The notes under the pieces: generated by a model
What the model saw: only the letters and a program-made list of their open reading frames with translations
Told to the model about the DNA's origin: nothing
Database searches by the model: none
Program-made: the position numbers and the translations under genes
NCBI GenBank assembly: GCA_963832745.1
Contig: CAWHVC010000003.1
Coordinates: forward strand, 640,001-704,000
Reading direction: 5' to 3'
Length of the DNA: 64,000 nt
Origin: Candidatus Bathyarchaeota archaeon
GTDB lineage: Archaea > Thermoproteota > Bathyarchaeia > Bathyarchaeales > Bathycorpusculaceae
Shown here: positions 1 through 9,310 of the stretch, piece by piece
How positions within the stretch are numbered: position 1 is the stretch's first letter
Layout: each line of letters starts with the position of its first letter

Positions 1-591
1 TTTTAACGCTTTATACACGTGATACGCTCTTTGAATCACGGTAAAGTTCGCGAGTACTGCTAAAACGATTATTCCGTAGTTTAAGGCTGGTAGATAAAAC
101 ACTGCCGCAATCGTGAATACTGCCAAGATTAACATGCGTTCTGCACGTTCAGCAAATCCTACCGACTCCATTTTTATTCCGACACCTTCAGCCCTTGCAC
201 GTGTGTAACTTACAAGCACAGAACCCGCCAACGCTGCAAGCCCCCAAACTGGGTTGCATAAGCCACTGATGATTATTCCAGCATAAACCGCTGCATCAGC
301 ATACCTATCCAGTACAGAATCAAAAAAGGCGCCAAAAGTTGAGGCCTGATTAAACGTTCGAGCTACTATGCCGTCCATTGTGTCGCTAAATCCTGAGGCT
401 AACATGAACACTACTGCTAAAACTAGAAACAGAACCGGCTGCGTGGGGACTATAGCGTATGCAACTGCGGATGCTAAAGACAGGATGAAGCCGACGATGC
501 TGATTTTGTTTGGCGTAAACCCTAACTTGTGTGCAATGTTTGCTTCAGTGCCAAGCATTTCTTGGATTTGTTTCTTAAGTTTGGTTAGCAA
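1..591 (-). CDS. CDP-alcohol phosphatidyltransferase (archaetidylinositol-phosphate synthase-like), 3' end cut by window edge
   Basis: Not in ORF track; manual translation from TTG at 591: MLTKLKKQIQEMLG...GFTPNKIS...DTMDGIVARTFNQASTFGAFFDSVLDRYAD (DGxxAR...GxxxDxxxD motif)...SYTRARAE. Confidence 0.9.
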   Translation of the reverse strand, partial: MLTKLKKQIQEMLGTEANIAHKLGFTPNKISIVGFILSLASAVAYAIVPTQPVLFLVLAVVFMLASGFSDTMDGIVARTFNQASTFGAFFDSVLDRYADAAVYAGIIISGLCNPVWGLAALAGSVLVSYTRARAEGVGIKMESVGFAERAERMLILAVFTIAAVFYLPALNYGIIVLAVLANFTVIQRAYHVYKALK

Positions 592-759
592 TTTTTTGGG
601 TCTCTCGGTTTTTGCTGTGTTTATTGCCAATTACTGGTTGGCTGTAATAAAGGCTTTTCCAGAAGGGTGCCTTTAAGCCCTGTTTTGGGACTGAAATTCG
701 GATTCTAAGTTCGGTTATTTTCAGTGAACTTATAAGGAAGTTAACGGATTAATAGGATG

Positions 760-802
760 GTGACGTTCTGACGCGCACCAGAGCGCATAGCAGCAACGTT
801 AC
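760..802 (+). promoter_or_regulatory. Putative 5'-UTR stem-loop upstream of alba
   Basis: GTGACGTT/AACGTTAC outer stem, CTG/CAG, GCGC-ACCAGA-GCGC inner stem, starting ~25 nt after a TTATAA box at 730-735. Confidence 0.4.
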
Positions 803-832
803 ACAAAGCAACAATAAAAGGAGTAAAACAAA

Positions 833-1123
833 ATGACTGAAAACGCAGACGTAATCTTCGTCGGAAACAAACCACCAATGAGCTATGTTTTAGCAATTAT
901 AACAAGTCTCTCCTCAGGCAACCTGAAAGAAATCACTTTGAAAGCAAGAGGCCAAGCAATTACCACAGCAGTTGACGTAGCTGAAATTGCAAGGAACCGT
1001 TTTGTAAAAGACCTCAAAGTGAGCAAGATTGCCATCGGTACAGCCGAGATGCCGCCACGCGAGGGAGAGAGCAAGTCCAGAATGGTTTCCACGATGGAGA
1101 TAACCTTAAGCAAAAAAGCATAA
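833..1123 (+). CDS. albA: DNA/RNA-binding protein Alba
   Basis: IFVGNKPPMSYVLA...LKARGQAITTAVDVAEI...VSTMEITL; SD-like GGAG upstream. Confidence 0.95.
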   Translation: MTENADVIFVGNKPPMSYVLAIITSLSSGNLKEITLKARGQAITTAVDVAEIARNRFVKDLKVSKIAIGTAEMPPREGESKSRMVSTMEITLSKKA

Positions 1124-1269
1124 GGCGTAAAATCGTAAAAACCAATTCCTAAACAATCAAACCTTTCTTTTATTTTTTAAGATCTTTTCTTCTGCTTTTG
1201 CATTTTTTTTCGTTTTTTTTGTCTAACAAGTAACAAGTTTTAAATCTACGTCTAAAGCAAGTTAGGGTT

Positions 1270-2724
1270 ATGATGGGGAATAGATTGAGAACTATACCTT
1301 CCCTTCTTGTAGTGTTAGTTATAGCCCTTTTAGCTTGGTCATCAGTTTACGTTAACGTTTTACAAGCACAAGGTGAAGATTACACACTTGTGGGTGGTGT
1401 TATTGATACCGATACTATTTGGACACTTGATAGCAGTCCATATTTCTTGACGACACCTGTTTTGGTAAGCGAAGGTACAACATTAACAATAGAACCCGGT
1501 GTCACAGTTTGTATTAATGCTTCTTACATTAAAGTTGATGGCACATTAATTGCAAAGGGGAATGGTAACCAAAAAATAGTCCTAACCCAAAACGACACCT
1601 ACTATGTTCCGCTTGAATATTTGAATGCTAAACCAGCCATAGAATTTTCAAGTACAAGTATCCCTTGGAATGAAGCAAGCCAGACCGGTTGTATCCTTGA
1701 AAACACAGTTATAAGTAGTGCTCGCAGTGGTTACTATTATACAATAAAAATTTCTAATGCTTCCCCAAAAATAAGTAACAGTACCATAACAACTTATGGT
1801 GATTCTTGGTCAATATACGTTGATAGCGGTTCTCCCATTATAGCAAACAATACCATAACAAGCAAGTATCACGGAATTACAGTAAACTCCCATAGTGGCG
1901 TTCCAAAGTCAATTGTTAGCATTGTTGACAATATTATTTATGGATGTGAAATAGGAATTTCAATAGGCAGTGGGAGCCCTGTCATAGAAAGGAACTTAAT
2001 CATTAACAACGTTGGCGACCACTCAGATGATTGCGGAATTTTTGTCAATTGGCGAGACAATGGCAATAAAGCTGATGTTCCACCTGTAATTAAAAACAAC
2101 ACTATTGCAAAGAATTCTAATGGTATACGATACGCTTCACCATACGACTGCCTAATTGAGTACAATAACTTTTACCAAAATAATCAATACAATATTTACT
2201 TGAGGTATGAAACCACCTCAAACATTACTGCTACAAACAACTGGTGGGGGACAATAGCAACCTCAGAGATTAACCAGACAATCTACGATTTTAAAAATGA
2301 CTTCAACTTAGGCAAAGTAAATTTTGTTCCCTTCCTGTTAGCACCCAATCCGCAAGCGCCAACAATCCCAACATACACAATAATTGCAGCCGCAGGTAAC
2401 GGTGGCTCCATTAGTCCAAGCGGAAGCTTCATAATTGCCTATGGTGACAGCCAAGTTTTCAACGTGACTTCCGATTCTGGTTACCAGCTGACAAACGTTT
2501 TAATTGACGGCTTACCTGCGTCTGCTCCATACACAGTTTCAAATGTAGTTGCTGATGGTCACACAATAATTGCCTCTTTTGAGCAATCTCCAGTCTCGAC
2601 ATCCACACCTTCACCAACACCACCTTCTGTTATACCCGAAATGCCCTCTTTATTGATGACTGCAGTGCTAATGTTGACAGTTCTCGGAGCAACAGTGTTG
2701 ACTCGAAAGAAAAAAGTCAACTAG
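1270..2724 (+). CDS. Cell-surface protein: signal peptide, right-handed beta-helix, Ig/InlB-like repeat, Pro/Thr linker, IPE(M)P + TM + basic tail
   Basis: Asn/Ile-rich parallel beta-helix repeats, ATNNWWG motif, C-terminal VIPEMPS-hydrophobic-RKKK; AT-rich. Confidence 0.75.
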   Translation: MMGNRLRTIPSLLVVLVIALLAWSSVYVNVLQAQGEDYTLVGGVIDTDTIWTLDSSPYFLTTPVLVSEGTTLTIEPGVTVCINASYIKVDGTLIAKGNGNQKIVLTQNDTYYVPLEYLNAKPAIEFSSTSIPWNEASQTGCILENTVISSARSGYYYTIKISNASPKISNSTITTYGDSWSIYVDSGSPIIANNTITSKYHGITVNSHSGVPKSIVSIVDNIIYGCEIGISIGSGSPVIERNLIINNVGDHSDDCGIFVNWRDNGNKADVPPVIKNNTIAKNSNGIRYASPYDCLIEYNNFYQNNQYNIYLRYETTSNITATNNWWGTIATSEINQTIYDFKNDFNLGKVNFVPFLLAPNPQAPTIPTYTIIAAAGNGGSISPSGSFIIAYGDSQVFNVTSDSGYQLTNVLIDGLPASAPYTVSNVVADGHTIIASFEQSPVSTSTPSPTPPSVIPEMPSLLMTAVLMLTVLGATVLTRKKKVN

Positions 2725-2746
2725 TGCTTCTCTTTTTTAGAAACTC

Positions 2747-2868
2747 TTACTGACCTATTTGGATCATATTAGAAACTCTATGCAGAAGCCTAGGGGGTCT
2801 AAAATCCCTAAAGGGGGGTAGGTCCGTATTGGCTGAAAACCCGCTCATTAGCATGTTGAAATTCAGTG
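2747..2868 (-). repeat. Dispersed palindromic intergenic repeat, copy A
   Basis: Reverse complement CTGAATTTCAACATGCTAATGA...CAATACGGACCTACCCCCCTTTAGGGATTTTAGACCCCCTAGGCTTCTGCATAGAGTTTCTAATATGATCCAAATAGGT aligns by eye with the copies at 7.4, 27.1-27.3, 29.1 and 45.6 kb. Confidence 0.85.
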
Positions 2869-2951
2869 TTTATGGTTTCTGTGGTGTGGTTGGGGAAATC
2901 GTAAGGTTAAAATCTTAAAGGGTCTGTAAGTGAATTATTCGCGTGAAGACT

Positions 2952-4241
2952 ATGTTAGATATCAAGCTTATCCGTGAAAGCCCCGACCTTGTAAGAGCCA
3001 ACCTGGAGAAAAGAAACAACCCAGAAAACCTGCAAATGCTCGACGAACTTATCGCTCTTGACAAGCAGTGGCGGCTCAACCTTACAAGCCTTAACGATTT
3101 GCGTCACGACCGCAAACTGGTCACAATGGAAGTTGCCAAACTCAAAAAAACTGGTCAAGACGCTCAAGCTCAAGTTGAAAAAGCCAAAGCAATAGACGTC
3201 CAAATCACCGCAGTCGAAAAGCAAGTAGCTCAGGAAGAAGAAAAAGAACGGGATCTACTCCTGAAACTACCTAACATGCTTGACCCAACCGTTCCATTGG
3301 GCAAAGATGACCATGACAACGTCCAAATAAAAACTTGGGGAAACATTCCACAATTCAATTTCCCAATCAAAAACCATCTCGACTTAGCGGATAATCTTGG
3401 CTTAATTGACATGGAACGCGCAGGAAAAATCAGTGGCTCCCGTTTCTTCTTCCTTAAAAACGAGTTGGCGCTTCTAGATTTAGCGTTGATGAATTTTGCT
3501 ATGCAAGAACTCTCAAAGAAAGGCTACGTGGCTGTGGAGCCGCCTTACATGATTAACAAGGCAGCTTACGAAGGCGTAACCGCACTTGCGGACTTTGTTG
3601 ACGTACTTTATAAGATTGAAGGCGAAGACCTCTACATGATCGCCACCAGCGAACATCCAATGGCTGCCATGTACATGGGCGAAGTTATCAAAGAACCGGA
3701 TATGCCGCTTAAACTTGCAGGCTTAAGCACCTGTTTCCGCAAAGAAGCCGGAGCACACGGAAAAGACACACGAGGAATTTTCCGTACTCACCAATTTAAC
3801 AAGATTGAACAATTCATTTTCTGCAAACCCGAAGACTCAGCAAGGTTGCATGAGGAACTGCTAGCGAACGCTGAGGATTTGTTGCAGAAACTTGAGTTGC
3901 CTTACCGCATAGTTAACGTTTGCACTGGTGACATTGGCACTGTTGCAGCTAAAAAGTATGATATTGAAGCTTGGATGCCCGCGCAGAATGGGTACCGTGA
4001 AGTAGTCAGTTGTAGCAACTGCACCGATTACCAAGCAAGACGATTGGGCATTCGTTACCGCGAGAAAGAGGGTGCGCCCACGAAGGGTTTCTTGCATACG
4101 CTTAACTCTACTGCGATTGCAACGGGAAGAACCATTGTTGCACTGCTTGAGAATAATCAGAATGAGGATGGCTCAATAAATGTGCCTAAGGCTCTTAGAA
4201 AATATATGGGTGACGTCGAAAAAATAGACAAAAAACGGTAA
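2952..4241 (+). CDS. serS: Seryl-tRNA synthetase
   Basis: MLDIKLIRE N-terminus, coiled-coil arm, ATSEHP, CFRKEAG motif 2, EVVSCSNCTDYQARRL, HTLNSTA. Confidence 0.98.
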   Translation: MLDIKLIRESPDLVRANLEKRNNPENLQMLDELIALDKQWRLNLTSLNDLRHDRKLVTMEVAKLKKTGQDAQAQVEKAKAIDVQITAVEKQVAQEEEKERDLLLKLPNMLDPTVPLGKDDHDNVQIKTWGNIPQFNFPIKNHLDLADNLGLIDMERAGKISGSRFFFLKNELALLDLALMNFAMQELSKKGYVAVEPPYMINKAAYEGVTALADFVDVLYKIEGEDLYMIATSEHPMAAMYMGEVIKEPDMPLKLAGLSTCFRKEAGAHGKDTRGIFRTHQFNKIEQFIFCKPEDSARLHEELLANAEDLLQKLELPYRIVNVCTGDIGTVAAKKYDIEAWMPAQNGYREVVSCSNCTDYQARRLGIRYREKEGAPTKGFLHTLNSTAIATGRTIVALLENNQNEDGSINVPKALRKYMGDVEKIDKKR

Positions 4242-4290
4242 AACCTTTTATATTGCTTTGAGAATGTTGAGGCACGTTTGGAGGATTACT

Positions 4291-5019
4291 TTGTCTTCAA
4301 AAGCAAAACACGTACGCGATAAATGGCGAGGCAAATCATGGTTCAACGTAGTAGCGCCATCGTTCTTCGGAAACGTTGATTTAGGTGCAATACCGGCAGA
4401 AACAACAGACCAACTAATCGGTAGAGTTGTTGAAGCTACACTGTATGATATTACAGGTGACTTTTCTCATCACTATTTGAAAATGTTCTTCCAAATAGGC
4501 GCAATGGACGGTAAAACCGCCAAAACAATGTTCAAGGGTCACGAATATTCACGTGATTATTTGCGCAGTTTAGTTAGAAGAAGAACAACCAAAGTGGACG
4601 GCCTATTCAATTTAACAACCAAAGACGGCTACAAACTAAGAATCGCCGTTTCAGCCTTAACACTTTCACGCATAAAGACTTCACAAGAAAAAATCATCCG
4701 CAACATCATGATAAAAATCATTAAAGAAAAAGCAGCAGCACTCACAATGGACCAATTCGTTCAAGAAATGGTTCTCGGCAAAATCGCATCAGACATCTAC
4801 AACGAGTCAAAACAGGTTGCACCACTACGTCATGTTGGTATACGCAAATCAAAACTTATTAGTGCACCCGCAAATGCTCCACAGCTTATCTTAGCCGCTG
4901 GCACAGCAACTGTTGAACCAGTTGAAGAAGCCGAGCCAGAGGAAGAAGAAGTCGCTGAAGCCGCAGACATAGCAGCCGAACAAGTCGCGGACGACGAAGA
5001 AGAAACAGAAGAAGAATAA
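4291..5019 (+). CDS. rps3ae: 30S ribosomal protein S3Ae (eS1) with acidic C-terminal tail
   Basis: RDKWRGKSWFNVVAP, GRVVEATLYDITGD, RDYLRSLVRRRT; TTG start at 4291 after GAGGA. Confidence 0.96.
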   Translation: MSSKAKHVRDKWRGKSWFNVVAPSFFGNVDLGAIPAETTDQLIGRVVEATLYDITGDFSHHYLKMFFQIGAMDGKTAKTMFKGHEYSRDYLRSLVRRRTTKVDGLFNLTTKDGYKLRIAVSALTLSRIKTSQEKIIRNIMIKIIKEKAAALTMDQFVQEMVLGKIASDIYNESKQVAPLRHVGIRKSKLISAPANAPQLILAAGTATVEPVEEAEPEEEEVAEAADIAAEQVADDEEETEEE

Positions 5020-5117
5020 GCTTTCTTCTCAACCTTTTCATTTTAAATTATTTTTTGTTTCCAAAACAGTCTTAAAAGGCACTACGTTAAGCATCTCCTG
5101 TTTTGAGGGTTTAGTTT

Positions 5118-5573
5118 ATGGTTAACCATGCAGGTGTACATGAAAAAGGCTCAATCAACGTTAATGATGTAATTGAAAGCATCAAAAACCATGAAGACTT
5201 CAGCAAAGCTGGCGCCATAGGATTATTTATCGGTGTAGTCAGGGGAGAAACTCTTGAAGGCGGTGAGAAGGTGGAAAAACTTACCTTGGAAGCGTATGAA
5301 GAAAAAGCCGATGAAGTGCTTGGCAAAATCTGTGACGATTTAGTGCAGAAACCGGGGATTATTGATGTGCAGATTCACCATTTAACAGGCGAATTTAACG
5401 TTGGTGATGACCTTGTGTACGTCGCCGTTGCAGGTTCCCACCGGCAGCAGCTTTTTCCGGTATTGCAGGAAGCAGTTGAACGTTACAAGAGTGAAGCACC
5501 CATCTTCAAAAAAGAACACATCACCAGCGAAAAGGGCAAATCTGAGTATTGGGTTTCAGAAAGACATCATTAG
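5118..5573 (+). CDS. moaE: Molybdopterin synthase catalytic subunit MoaE
   Basis: GAIGLFIGVVR, HLTGEFNVGD, GSHR, KSEAPIFKKE. Confidence 0.93.
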   Translation: MVNHAGVHEKGSINVNDVIESIKNHEDFSKAGAIGLFIGVVRGETLEGGEKVEKLTLEAYEEKADEVLGKICDDLVQKPGIIDVQIHHLTGEFNVGDDLVYVAVAGSHRQQLFPVLQEAVERYKSEAPIFKKEHITSEKGKSEYWVSERHH

Positions 5574-5593
5574 CTTGGTAAACGTGACAGTGT

Positions 5594-6517
5594 ATGATTA
5601 CAGCTTTAGCAGGCGGAGTTGGGGCAGCCCGATTCTTAACAGGATTAACGCAGTTGATTAAAGAGGACGATTTAACGGTTATTGTTAACACAGGCGACGA
5701 CGTTGACCTTTTTGGTTTGCATATTTCTCCTGACATTGATATTGTAACTTACACGCTTGCCGGAATCGTTAACGAAGAAAAAGGCTGGGGCATCAAAGGA
5801 GACACGTTTGAATGCTTAAACATGCTCAAACGATTCGGTTTAGCAGACGCAGAATGGTTTAACCTTGGCGACCGAGACTTCGCCACCAGCATTATGCGCA
5901 CAAACATGTTCAAAAACGGTGGCGCCCTCTCGCAAATATCTGCAAAAGTAAGCTGTGCCTTGGGCCTTAAACTGAAGATTTTGCCTATGACCGACGACAA
6001 GTTTGCCACTCATGTACGAATCTCTGAGGGCTCTATCCATTTTGAGGAGTACATGGTTAAACGGGGAGCACAAGACCAAGTGTTAGGCGTCGAGTTTGTC
6101 GGAGCAAAAGCGGCTAAGCCTGCACCGGGCGTTGTTGAATCGATAATGACTTCGGAGAAAGTGATTATCTGTCCTAGCAACCCCATAGTAAGCATTGGCA
6201 CGATTCTTTCAGTTCCAGGTATAAGGGCAGCTTTGCAGAAAACCAGTGCCAAGAAGATTGCAATTAGTCCAATTGTTGCTGGTGCACCGATTAAGGGTCC
6301 AGCTGATAAACTGCTGAGCGGTTTAGGTGTTGAGGTTTCAGCTTTTGGGGTTGCAAAATTGTATGCTGATTTCTTGGATGGTTTCGTTATTGACATTGCG
6401 GATGCTAAGGAAAAGGGTCGGATAGAGGCTTTAGGCATTAAAGTGGCGGTTACTAACACTTTGATGAAGGATTTGGCTTCTAAGGTAGCGTTAGCTAAAA
6501 TAGTGCTCGGCTTGTAA
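5594..6517 (+). CDS. cofD: 2-phospho-L-lactate transferase (F420 biosynthesis)
   Basis: LAGGVGAARFL, IVNTGDD, ISPDID, WFNLGDRD, PSNPIVSIG, KGPADKL. Confidence 0.96.
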   Translation: MITALAGGVGAARFLTGLTQLIKEDDLTVIVNTGDDVDLFGLHISPDIDIVTYTLAGIVNEEKGWGIKGDTFECLNMLKRFGLADAEWFNLGDRDFATSIMRTNMFKNGGALSQISAKVSCALGLKLKILPMTDDKFATHVRISEGSIHFEEYMVKRGAQDQVLGVEFVGAKAAKPAPGVVESIMTSEKVIICPSNPIVSIGTILSVPGIRAALQKTSAKKIAISPIVAGAPIKGPADKLLSGLGVEVSAFGVAKLYADFLDGFVIDIADAKEKGRIEALGIKVAVTNTLMKDLASKVALAKIVLGL

Positions 6518-6585
6518 GCTTGATAGTTGTTAGTCTATTAAGATAAGGGTTATATTTCAACACACGAATACTGTTTCTATCAAGT

Positions 6586-7269
6586 TTGGGAGTGCCTGCC
6601 GTGGAAAAAAGAAGCTATGATTGGTTTGAGCAACGAAGAAGAACAAGAGGCTTAGAGCTTGCGCATGAGCAAATCACTAAAGCCTTTGATACAGTAACTT
6701 GGCTGCATAAGGCCACTAAAAGTTTTTCAGAAAAAAACATTACTGATGCAAAAAAATACATTGAAAACCTGTATTTAGCCGAGGAAGAAGTTGATAAACT
6801 AAGAACTGACACCTTCCTTGAACTGTCTAAAGGTGCCGCGTTGGTTTCAGATTACCGCGAAGATCTTTTGCATCTTGTAAAACGTCTTGATACTTTGGCT
6901 GACCACACTAAGGATGCTGCAAGATGCCTTGAAATGCTCGCTGAAGCTGACATTCCTTCTGAACTTTGTCAAAAAACTGTTTACATGACTGGCAAACTTG
7001 TTGAAACTGCACAAATGCTTCGAAGCAGCATAGAAAAAATCTCTTCCAACCCCATGGAGGCTGTAAAAGAAGCTAAACAAGTCGGCGAAATTGAGCATGA
7101 CATTGACACTGAATACCTAAGAACCAAAGGGTTATTCGTAAAGTATGGTGCCAACATGAACTGCGGAGCGATGGTTATCTTTGACGACCTGATCGAGTTT
7201 ATTGAACAAGCCGCAGACATGTGTGCTGACACAGCCGACTACATCTTGGTGCTTTCAAGCAGAGAATAA
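6586..7269 (+). CDS. DUF47 / PhoU-like phosphate transport regulator
   Basis: EEEVDKLR...REDLLHLVKRLDTLAD, EHDID, EQAADMCADTAD helical repeats. Confidence 0.85.
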   Translation: MGVPAVEKRSYDWFEQRRRTRGLELAHEQITKAFDTVTWLHKATKSFSEKNITDAKKYIENLYLAEEEVDKLRTDTFLELSKGAALVSDYREDLLHLVKRLDTLADHTKDAARCLEMLAEADIPSELCQKTVYMTGKLVETAQMLRSSIEKISSNPMEAVKEAKQVGEIEHDIDTEYLRTKGLFVKYGANMNCGAMVIFDDLIEFIEQAADMCADTADYILVLSSRE

Positions 7270-7293
7270 CCTGCTTTTCCTTTTTCTAGTGTT

Positions 7294-7460
7294 TTGTTTG
7301 TTTTGTTGATGCTTTTGTATACAGACAGCCGTCAGTTACACCGGTTTTTCAATATACTGATAAGTTGTTAATAATCCTGTGAGCTTGCCCATCTATGAAA
7401 AGGTAGACCCCCTATAGGTTTCAATATAGAACCACTAATAGTAGCCAAATAGACTGACAA
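7294..7460 (+). repeat. Dispersed palindromic intergenic repeat, copy B
   Basis: 7294-7323 matches 27065-27094 at 29/30 nt; 7407-7452 matches 45646-45691 at 42/46 nt (hand count). Confidence 0.88.
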
Positions 7461-7556
7461 GCAAATAATGTTTAACCAATTTTAGAAAAACGCCTAAACT
7501 TCAGTCAAGGGTTGTTTTACTGAAAGCTTTTTATCATATAGTAATTCCCAGTAATT

Positions 7557-8378
7557 ATGGGTAATCTGAGTAAAGGGCTGACTTTAGTTCTGATTCTAAC
7601 TGTAGCCTTCTCATCTCTAAGCTTATTAATTATTGAACCTGTAAAGGCTCAGTCAGTGAACTCTACCAAAGAATTCAGCCATCTAACACATGAAAATTTT
7701 ACCTTAGTTCCTGACGCAACTGTTTTAATACAAATTCAGTTGAAGGAAGGTGATTATGTTGAAGGGTCTTTTGAAGTTAGCAATTTCCACTATTATCCAG
7801 ATGTTTTCAACAATGGAGTGCTCACAACTTATCGTGTTGGCATAAAAATTGAAGATGCAAAATATCAGACTATTTATGATTATTTTCCAGAGACACACGG
7901 CTCTTTTAATTTTACTGCCTCAAACTCAGGACTTTATACGATTCCTTGTTCTTGTAATTATATCTATTTGGTTGATAATCCGATTGCGCCTCAATTGACA
8001 ATGAATTTTACTGTAAGAGGTGTTGCGATGCAAGTGAACGTTTTATCGCCATTAACCCAACTCTACACGGAATCAAATGTTAGATTAAGTTTTACAACTA
8101 ACAGGTTTGCAGATTGGACTAGCTACAATCTTGACGCTAAAGGTAATGTTACTTGTGACGGCAATACAACGCTTACAGAATTATCTAACGGTATACACAA
8201 TCTCATAATTTACTCTAATGATACATATGGAAATATGGATACGAAAACCGTAACATTTACTATTGTTGAGGGTTCCATGTTTACAACAGCCCTAATCATC
8301 ATTATCGCTGTACCTGTTGTCGCTCTTTCAATAGTGTTTTACCGAAGGCATCGAAAAACCGATAAAATAAACCAATGA
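7557..8378 (+). CDS. Cell-surface protein: signal peptide, GOLD-like beta domain, Ig-like stalk, C-terminal TM anchor
   Basis: Signal ending VKA; SPxxxxY...SYNLD...GNTTLTELSNGIHNLIIYSNDTYGN; TM + RRHRK. Confidence 0.75.
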   Translation: MGNLSKGLTLVLILTVAFSSLSLLIIEPVKAQSVNSTKEFSHLTHENFTLVPDATVLIQIQLKEGDYVEGSFEVSNFHYYPDVFNNGVLTTYRVGIKIEDAKYQTIYDYFPETHGSFNFTASNSGLYTIPCSCNYIYLVDNPIAPQLTMNFTVRGVAMQVNVLSPLTQLYTESNVRLSFTTNRFADWTSYNLDAKGNVTCDGNTTLTELSNGIHNLIIYSNDTYGNMDTKTVTFTIVEGSMFTTALIIIIAVPVVALSIVFYRRHRKTDKINQ

Positions 8379-8394
8379 CATTTCATAGAGATAA

Positions 8395-8440
8395 AATAAG
8401 CCTGCCTCTAATGTTCTATGCATGCATTGGATTTAGGTTT
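8395..8440 (+). repeat. Degenerate repeat copy F
   Basis: CCTGCCTCTAATGTTCTATGCAT vs copy D CCTACCCTCTAAGGTTTTCTGCAT (19/24), followed by TTGGATTT-AGGTT. Confidence 0.5.
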
Positions 8441-8624
8441 CAATTAGTTTCAGCTTTAATATCCTGAAAATTTGCTCTTAGGCCCATTTTGGATGTTTGA
8501 CTAGCCTATATTTGTTTTATTGAATGAGCGTCTGGTCTTTGGCTAGATTGTTTTTTATATTTCAAAAAACATTAACCTTTAAATCTCAATTAACAAAACT
8601 TTACGGATTAGGGATGGATAAAGC

Positions 8625-9296
8625 ATGAAAGTTGTAGCTTCATGGAGCGGCGGCAAAGACAGCGCCTATGCCCTGTACTTAGCAAGCCAGCAAGGCCACG
8701 AAATCGTAAACATCTTAACCATGATGATGAGCGAAGACAAATCAAACTTCCACATGATACGCTCAGACATCTTAGACGCCCAAGCAGACGCGTTGGGCAT
8801 ACCCTTGATTAAACGACAAACCAGCAACGAAACCTACGAACGCGACTTCAAAGCTGTTCTTGCTGAACTCAAAGCCAAAGGTGTAGAAGGCTTAGTCACA
8901 GGCGACATTTACGAGGTTGCCGGTCATGAGGAAGGCTGGCTGAACCGCGTCTGCCGTGAAATGGGATTAACACCAATCAAACCACTCTGGATGGGCGACA
9001 CCAAACAAATCTACCTCGACTACATCAAAGCAGGCTTCAAAGCAACCGTAGTCCGCACTAACCTAAGCAAACTGGGCATGGAATGGCTTGGACGAGTACT
9101 TGACAGACAATTTTACGATGACATCCTTAAACTGGGCAACATTGATGCATGCGGCGAAGGCGGCGAGTACCACACAGTCATTACTGATGGACCCAACTTT
9201 AAGAAGAAGATTGAAATTCTAGAAGCCCAGAAACATAAGCTTGACAGCGGCTTTGGCTACTTGGAAGTCAAAGACTTCGCGGTCAAACTTAAGTGA
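8625..9296 (+). CDS. Diphthine-ammonia ligase-like ATP pyrophosphatase (DUF71/Dph6 family)
   Basis: SWSGGKDS PP-loop, LVTGDI, PLW, DACGEGGEYHTVITDGP. Confidence 0.88.
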   Translation: MKVVASWSGGKDSAYALYLASQQGHEIVNILTMMMSEDKSNFHMIRSDILDAQADALGIPLIKRQTSNETYERDFKAVLAELKAKGVEGLVTGDIYEVAGHEEGWLNRVCREMGLTPIKPLWMGDTKQIYLDYIKAGFKATVVRTNLSKLGMEWLGRVLDRQFYDDILKLGNIDACGEGGEYHTVITDGPNFKKKIEILEAQKHKLDSGFGYLEVKDFAVKLK

Positions 9297-9310
9297 AGGA
9301 TTCAAATTAC

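Noticed and set aside
368-676. 102-aa plus-strand ORF
   Set aside because: Antisense shadow of the CDP-alcohol phosphatidyltransferase gene at 1-591.
4900-5019. GAA-rich low-complexity stretch
   Set aside because: Encodes the acidic tail of S3Ae; not an independent repeat.
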